Shown piece after piece: positions 57,354 through 64,000 of a DNA stretch of 64,000 nucleotides. Where the stretch lies: NCBI GenBank assembly GCA_950097015.1, contig CATNEN010000038.1, positions 4,712,001 to 4,776,000 on the forward strand, in the 5' to 3' direction. Source of the DNA: Macrostomum hystrix (taxonomy: Eukaryota > Animalia > Platyhelminthes). Under the pieces are notes generated by a model that was not told the DNA's origin, searched no databases, and saw only the letters and a program-made list of their open reading frames with translations. Positions within the stretch are counted from its first letter, which is position 1; each line of letters opens with the position of its first letter. A program made the position numbers and the translations under genes.

Positions 57354-58094
57354 TTAAGTAGCGTTGCAGCCAACAGTACAGAATGTACAGCCCACCCCCT
57401 CCCTCAGAACACACGGAGAACATGGCCCGCGCCACTGTGTTGGATTTGAGTGTTGAGGTTGGGGGAATGCGTACAACGCTTCAAGAATCTGCAGTTTGGA
57501 GTCAAATGAGCATTGATCAATGACTTTGAAGCGCTCTTCGGGTTTGCAGCTGGAGCAGCAATTACATTCTAAGAGATGGTTTTGAATAGCCGACGGTTTC
57601 AGCCAGTGCTCCCTGATTCTAGTGTGCAGGTGCCTTTTAGTCTTCCCCACGTAGGAGACGCTCTGGTCATCAGAGCAGTTGAATTGATAAACAACACCAG
57701 CACGAAGAGCACAGGGAACACGTGACTTCAACCGACCGACAAAGTTGCCAACCTTAGCAGAACGAAAGATGACGCGGATGTTGCAATTAAGAGAGTTGCG
57801 AAGTAATTTGCAGGTTCTATTTTTGAAGAATTGAGGATAGCCAAAGAAAGGGAGGACAAGAATTGGTTCGTTGAGATCGATGGGATCGGTTTTAGCGCTA
57901 GGCTGCTTGACAATTTTCTCAGAGACGAATTTGTGAATGTGAGTGTGGATAAACGCACGAGGGTAACCATTTTGTTGAAACATTTTGGTCAGAAAATTCA
58001 CTTCTTGGACAAAGTTAGTCCAGGTTTTGCAGACAGTGAAAGCTCTGTGGAGCAGACATCTGATCAGACCGGATTTCCACTGCCTTGGGCACAA
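57354..58094 (-). mobile_element. Penelope-like element 3' remnant (RT thumb + GIY-YIG endonuclease)
   Basis: CPRQWKSGLIRCLLHRAF..NGYP and GVVYQFNC....SYVGKTKRHLHTRIREH..ILEALY. Confidence 0.85.
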
Positions 58095-58282
58095 AGCAAA
58101 ACAGTTTCAAATGTTGATACGAAATATCAAAACTATGGTAGACAGCGAAGCGGCATATTGTTCGCAATTTACTGAATTAGCGACGTGACAAGTAATTGAA
58201 AAAAGAAAGTAAAGCGACTGCACAGTCTTGGTTTTTTCGACTAATTGTTGTACTCGTACTTTAACTATCTTTGTTGTTAGTT

Positions 58283-58430
58283 GACCGATGCCGCTGCTTA
58301 AGCAGCCATAGACTGTTCTGACCGATGCCGCTGCTTAAGCAGCCATAGACTGTTCTGACCGATGCCGCTGCTTAAGCAGCCATAGACTGTTCTGACCGAT
58401 GCCGCTGCTTAAGCAGCCATAGACTTTTCT
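58283..58430. repeat. 37-bp tandem repeat x4 with internal 14-bp palindrome gctgcttaagcagc
   Basis: Units start at 58283, 58320, 58357 and 58394. No spacers. Confidence 0.95.
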
Positions 58431-58439
58431 GTACCCTAC

Positions 58440-59660
58440 TTAACAAGAGCGCGATCCAGTGAGCGGCGTGTGGACAGTCGACGACGCCTCAGCCTGCCGC
58501 GTCTGGTGCGACGCCAGCAGCATCGCAATCGGCGTATGTTTAGAAGTAAACGGTGTCATCGCAGAGGACGCATCATGGCTTCGCAAGCCGGACGACGCCG
58601 CCCACATAAACCTAGCCGAACTCGAAGCGGTCATCAAGGGTCTCAATCTAGCCATTGCTTGGGGTTCAAAGAGAGTCCAAATCATGACCGACTCGGCAAC
58701 CGTGTACGGCTGGATTCGATCACTGATCGCCGGTGACAAGCCCGTCAGGGTCAAGGGGCTGGGCGAAGCTCTAGCGAGGAGGCGGCTGGCTTTGATCCGG
58801 GACACGGCAGGAGAATGTGGCCTGGAGCTGGATGTGTCGCTGGTGCCTTCCTCGTTAAACAAGGCAGACGCGCTGACGCGAGTACCACAGCAGTGGCTGC
58901 GCCAGCGGCCTTTGTGTGCAGTAGCGCTACACCCTATCGACTCGGATCTCCGTGCGTGCCACGAGAAGCATCACTTCGGCGTGGACAGGACGCTCTACCT
59001 GGCTAAACTGTGCCTCCCCGGGCGTGAGGTACTACGCGAAGAGGTCGAGCGCGTCGTGGCAAACTGCATCCGCTGCAAATCCGTGGACCCTGCGCCGGTG
59101 AATTGAGACCATGGAAGTCTCGAGGTGGACACAAACTGGTGGCGTTTGGCCTGCGACGTGACCCACTTCAAGGACGACCGCTATCTGTCGATTGTTGACT
59201 GCGGGCCGAGTAGATTCGCACTGTGGCGAAAACTCCCAGACGAGCGGACAGCTTGGATCATAGGGACACTTGTGCAAGTCTTCCGAGAGCGAGGCCCACC
59301 CTGGCAGCTGCTTCTGGACAACTCGGCGACCTTCCGCTCTGCCGAGGTGCGTGCATTCTGCCAAGCATGGGGAGTGCAGCTCCTCTTCCGCTGCGCTCAC
59401 CGGCCGTCGGGCAACGGGATAGTCGAGCGAAATCATCGGACGATCAAGCGGATGGCATCCAGAACCGGCAAGGACGTGCTGGACATGGTATTCTGGTACA
59501 ACATGACTCCGAAGGATGGTACTCGGGAGTGCAGCGTGCCCAGCAGAATGCTCAGCACTTACGACTGGAAACCGCCCATGTTGGCTCTCCCCGAGGCCTC
59601 TGAGACACCGGAGTCAAACCCTGCCCTGCCGGTCGGAACGGAAGTGTTCGTGTTTACCGG
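58440..59660 (+). mobile_element. Gypsy-type LTR retrotransposon pol remnant (RNase H + integrase)
   Basis: VWCDASS, HINLAELEAV, TDS, NKADALTR. HHCC motif H...HFG..C..C. Integrase D..D..E: ACDV, LLDN, NGIVER. In-frame TGA at 59104-59106. Confidence 0.85.
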
Positions 59661-60250
59661 GCGACATTTCTTAGTGTCCTGAACCCATTGTGCCACGCCA
59701 CCTAGCCTTCTAGTCTCAGAAGTGCACCGCCATACGATCACGCCACGCCTTAGCCACCGGCATCTTAGCCTCTGTTATCCTCACTTCATAATTGTTGCCC
59801 GCCGAAGTGCAAGAAGGGATTCAACCCTATTCTAGTGTTACCCACGCTAATAACGAGCAAGCCTGTCTGTATACCTATATCCTCTACGTCGCCAAAAATA
59901 ATACTCGTCATCGCCTACTATTACCGTCAAGCAATTAACAGCAACATCACTGTCATAATCATAATTTTATTCTTTTATTTGATTCCCTCTGCCCTGTACC
60001 TTTTGTGAGCAACCAATTCAGACTCATATTTTCAACTCTTCTGCACTTCCATGCACAGCAATTTTTGTTAATAAGCATGATTATTATGATTCTTAATATA
60101 TTTTGAACAAAAGAGCAATAAGCACATGTACTGATAGTAAGTACAAAGCAATAATAACAAGCAATTTCAAAGTCACTTCTTGCGTCCCCACAGTCCATGG
60201 ACAGAACAGTCAGTTGCACTTCCGTTTTATCGTTACATTTTTCTTTGACT

Positions 60251-61177
60251 TTATTTACGCTTCAGACCCACGCTCTTCAGCTTTCTCTTCAACTCAGCGA
60301 TTCGCTCGTCCTTGTCCTGGAGTTTACTCTGCAGTTGCTCAATCAGCTCGTCCTTGTTGAGGTCCTCCTTGAAGAACTCCAACGCAGTTTCCAGGGCCTC
60401 CATGGCTTCCTTGTCCAGCTCGATCTGCCCTGCCTTGTCGCTGTTGCTCTTTAGACTTTTGGCTAGCACGGCCAGCTTTTCGGCGCCACTGACAATTTTT
60501 CGGGCCTGCTGTCGCATTTCCTTCACGTCGAGGCCCGACTTGACGGCCAAAGCGGCACCCGCAGCAGCTCCAGCGATAGCAGCTCCAGCAACCCAGCCAG
60601 CTCCGCCAGTGAAGAAGCCGAGCACAGCGCAGATCCCGATGCCAACACCTCCCGCAATGCTCGCAACGCCTCCAGCAACAGCCTTGTTTCGATTTTTGTC
60701 AGCCTCCCTGTTCTTGGCTTCCGCCCTCTGTCTCTCCTGAGCCTCTAGTACAGTCGCGAGCTGCTGAGCACTTTCCAAGTTGCTCGCAAGGTTGCTGAAA
60801 GCGATAGAAAAGCTCTGCGAGATAGTGTGCATCTTCGTCAGCTTCTCAGATAACTGCTCAATAACTTTGGGTGGGATGCTGCTGTCTTTTATACTGTCAC
60901 GTAGGAACTTGTCGAACTCGATAATTTCTCTCCCGAAGTTCTCAAGTTCACTCTCGAGTTTTGCTGATGAGAAGATCACTTCAGTCAGTACTTTCTTCAG
61001 CTCTTCTAGTTTTGAATCGCCAGGAAGATCGATGCTATTTACCATTTCCGCATATTTCTTTGCCTCCTCCGTGACCCTGTAGAGCTCTGTGCTGTTCTGC
61101 CGAATCGTCTTCATCGTCTTGAGGGCATCTCCAAGGCCGCCCAGAACATGACCTATTTTGCCCAGCTTCTCCGCCAT
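60251..61177 (-). CDS. 308-aa all-helical protein with a glycine-rich hydrophobic hairpin (ApoL-like or ClyA/HBL-like pore-forming candidate), intronless
   Basis: Long amphipathic/coiled-coil helices flank AVAGGVASIAGGVGIGICAVLGFFTGGAGWVAGAAIAGAAAGAALAV. gccATG-like context, AATAAAA downstream. Confidence 0.6.
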   Translation of the reverse strand: MAEKLGKIGHVLGGLGDALKTMKTIRQNSTELYRVTEEAKKYAEMVNSIDLPGDSKLEELKKVLTEVIFSSAKLESELENFGREIIEFDKFLRDSIKDSSIPPKVIEQLSEKLTKMHTISQSFSIAFSNLASNLESAQQLATVLEAQERQRAEAKNREADKNRNKAVAGGVASIAGGVGIGICAVLGFFTGGAGWVAGAAIAGAAAGAALAVKSGLDVKEMRQQARKIVSGAEKLAVLAKSLKSNSDKAGQIELDKEAMEALETALEFFKEDLNKDELIEQLQSKLQDKDERIAELKRKLKSVGLKRK

Positions 61178-62220
61178 GTTGATGCGACAACTGACCAGGA
61201 ATTAATGGAGAATGGCTTTCTCGTCCGTGTTGCAGGTTCCAGACCTGTTTGAGTGGTCAGAATATTTATAAACAACCGTGTTTTGGAACAGCTGCAGCTT
61301 ATTGGCTGATCCTGCATCGGCACCTGGGTCTCAAGCTTGTAAATCGCATGGGGGAACTTCGGTTTTGAGAGTGTACAATGAGGGAGAATGGCGAAATGGC
61401 TAAGTGCTCATTTGTACGTCCAGAGTATTGGGGTGACTAAGTCTGGGTCCAGTTGCTCGTTTACTCTACATTTAGCTGCTTTCAAACAAGGGCTCATTGA
61501 CGCCTATTTTGCAAACTCAAAGAACAAAACAGAAGAATAGAAGTTCAGTTTATTCGTTCCCAATTGCTGTTCCTATGCAAAATGAGCATACGAGTATATT
61601 GGATGGTAGTTTTGCATACACATGAACTTAAGTGCTGATATTCGTCGTTTGTTTAATTTCTAGCACAAAGAAAGAAAATATTTTTTGGTAAAGCTGTTAT
61701 TTAGGTGGTTGCTGTTGTGTTACCCTTCTGCATGCCCAAAGTCAGCGCGCTTCGTGTGGACATTTTTTTTGAGCTGCTTTGGTGGGAAGGACGACTGAAG
61801 ACTGGGCTGGCAACACATGATGCGTGCAGCCTTGCAGCCTTCCACTTTATCGTTTTGGAAAGCATTAAGCTAAGAGTGTTGGGACACCGCATGTCATTAT
61901 TAGTAAAGTAAAGCGAAATATAGTAATATACTATTACTGTTGAGAGAGAGGGGCAGAGAGAGATGGGCTGCCAGCCAGCCAATCAGCGGTGTCCAGGCCT
62001 AAGCCGAGAGCCAGACCCGCAAAGCCGGATTGGACTATACCTTACAGCGCAAGGTAAATTTCGCTACGAACAGTATTGCAAGTATTGCATGGTGTTATCG
62101 AGACCCTTATTGCACAGTTCCACAGGTTCCCCCCACTCGAGTCACAATATACTTAGGGTGGAAAGGCAGGGCAAACAAAGATAGGAAATTGCGGTTCGCT
62201 CCCGTATATCGCACCTTTAA

Positions 62221-63023
62221 CAGTAGAACTACCAAGGGGGGGGGAATTTCACCCCCTGACAACTTTTTTTGCTGCACCCGAACGGAACAATGCAAGCACA
62301 CGAAACTCAAGAACACGGGCCAACTTTTTGTTGCGCATCTTCTGAAACAAGAAACAAGTCGCCAGCTCTTCAGACCGTCGAGATATTCAATGTTTCTGGC
62401 CGAAGGTCCGATTTTTCCCATAAGAGCTAGTGTATTTCATACACCCCTATACACGAATTTGCACTGCGCCTCAGTGCGGCCTTGCCAGGCCTTCAAAATT
62501 TATCAGCATGTCACCCGAGTGTGCCTGCATCAACTCCGTCTTCGGTGGTCACCTACCTTTATCTAGACAGACTGCTGGACCTTCAAGGGCTACAACAGGT
62601 GGAACTAAGCTACTATGGACACCCTGACGCGAATGTCTCAAATTTCAATGCTCAAGCCAAAATATTAGGCGCAGCTCAACCACAGGACACCATCGCCTAG
62701 TCTGTCAACCAATCAGTCACCACCCAACGCTGTTAGCATTCGGGCGCTGCCAAAAAAATTGTTTGGGGGGGGGGAAATTTCGATTTTGCCTTTCGTTTTT
62801 ATACCAAGGAGGGGATACCCCCCTGATTTTTTGCCAGTGCCTGAATGCTAATAGCGTTGGGAGGTGACTGATTGGCTGACAGACTAGGCGATGGTGTCCC
62901 ATGGTTGAGCTGCGCCTAATATTTAGGCTTGATCAGTGAAATTGCTTGATCAGTTGCTCCGTTCGGTTGCAGCGCAAAAAATTGTCAGGGTGGGGGAAAT
63001 AATCCCCCTTGGAAGTTCTACTG
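62221..63023. mobile_element. TTAA-flanked MITE (piggyBac-like) with a long internal hairpin
   Basis: ttaa|cagtagaact.ccaagggg ... ccccttgg.agttctactg|ttaa. Internal ~120-bp inverted arms at 62640-62760 and 62825-62945. Confidence 0.8.
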
Positions 63024-64000
63024 TTAAAGTAAGTAACTCAAAATCAGCCCATGAGTCACTTTTAAATGCACTCAGGGACTGCTATACTACACGGTATTTA
63101 GTAGTCCCTGGATGCACTTTTCTGCGAAGTCCGAAAGACTTATCCGATTTGGTGTACGCCTCTAACGAACAGTCTCGAGCAAACTCCAGAGTACTCATGG
63201 AAGTTCCACTTTAGACAATGGAAGAGAGAGAGACATTTTCACAGTTTTTATCAAATTCAATTCAGCAAAAAGGACAAGAACTAAAAGCGCTCGCGACAAA
63301 AAAATAAAATGGCGACAGCTTCTACCGATGGAGCTCGGGACCATTGTACGGCTTGCATTGATAAGCACATAGTCACCTAATTACTCGCATTTACCCTGCC
63401 CTGCATACAGAAAAACCCAGTTGCATATCATTTCTTGGCTCAATAAAGTGCATTAATGTACAGAGCCCAAAAACTGAACTTCGCTTTTTGCGCTTCTGAC
63501 TGCTAAAATTGCGGGTTTGCACTATTATTGCCAGCAATAATGTGATTTTGAATCAATATAATAAATGAGAAAAATGAACTCAGTTTAATTACGGACTGAA
63601 TTCGAGACCGGAGGAAACAGAACAGGATATAAACACACTTTTCAAAAGTGAAAGGAAAAACTGAAAGCACGTGCCGTAATACAAATGTTGCCAATTTGCT
63701 ATTTAAATGACTTAGAGTCGATATTGCAAGACAATTGATGCATTGTCAAAGAATCAGCAAAAATATGTTATGTCTATGAGCCAAAACTTCCTGCAATGAC
63801 CTTGTCTTTTTTACTGTGTCTAATTTTTTTAGTCTATGGGCATCCACTGAAATTTATCCATGGTATATTCCTGCATGAAAGCGAGTGTCTATGGTAAAAA
63901 GGCATTCGTGCGCATCGTGCACTTGAAGACGCACTCGTTTTCGTGCAGGAATCCTATCCATTATCGAGTAAGCATTAGTGCAGGGACATGCAATATATTG

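Noticed and set aside
58283-58430. CRISPR-like array (37-bp palindromic repeats)
   Set aside because: Repeats are head-to-tail with no spacers, there are no cas genes, and the context is eukaryotic.

Overview
Eukaryotic (animal) genomic DNA with GC-rich exons, AT-rich minisatellite-filled introns and many transposons. The style suggests an invertebrate such as a macrostomid flatworm, but this is an unverified inference. Housekeeping genes: spliced SYF1/XAB2 (-, ~12125-6744) and RPS19 (-, 16240-15113). Immune-flavoured genes: two inverted TRAF paralogues (3913-5574 + and 53762-52590 -) showing patchwork gene conversion, a 2981-aa sacsin-like GHKL/HEPN protein with tandem STAT-type sites at its promoter, an ApoL/ClyA-like glycine-zipper protein, and a secreted WSC+PAN protein. 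The TRAF, sacsin-like and ApoL/ClyA-like ORFs are intronless. The most striking element is an intact 4.45-kb Ingi-like LINE (34872-39321 -, 13-bp TSD). It begins exactly with a candidate CPEB3/HDV-like self-cleaving ribozyme that has hairpins inserted in P1 and contains the start codon. The ribozyme is followed by a 2A StopGo peptide, PHD finger, APE, RT, RNase H and a stop codon fused to a (CAA)n tail. The window also holds a nested DNA-transposon cluster (Tc1/IS630-like, MULE-PHD/FLYWCH, Merlin), MITEs, two tRNA-SINE families, Penelope, Gypsy and Crypton remnants, a Ser/Thr dehydratase pseudogene and many minisatellites.
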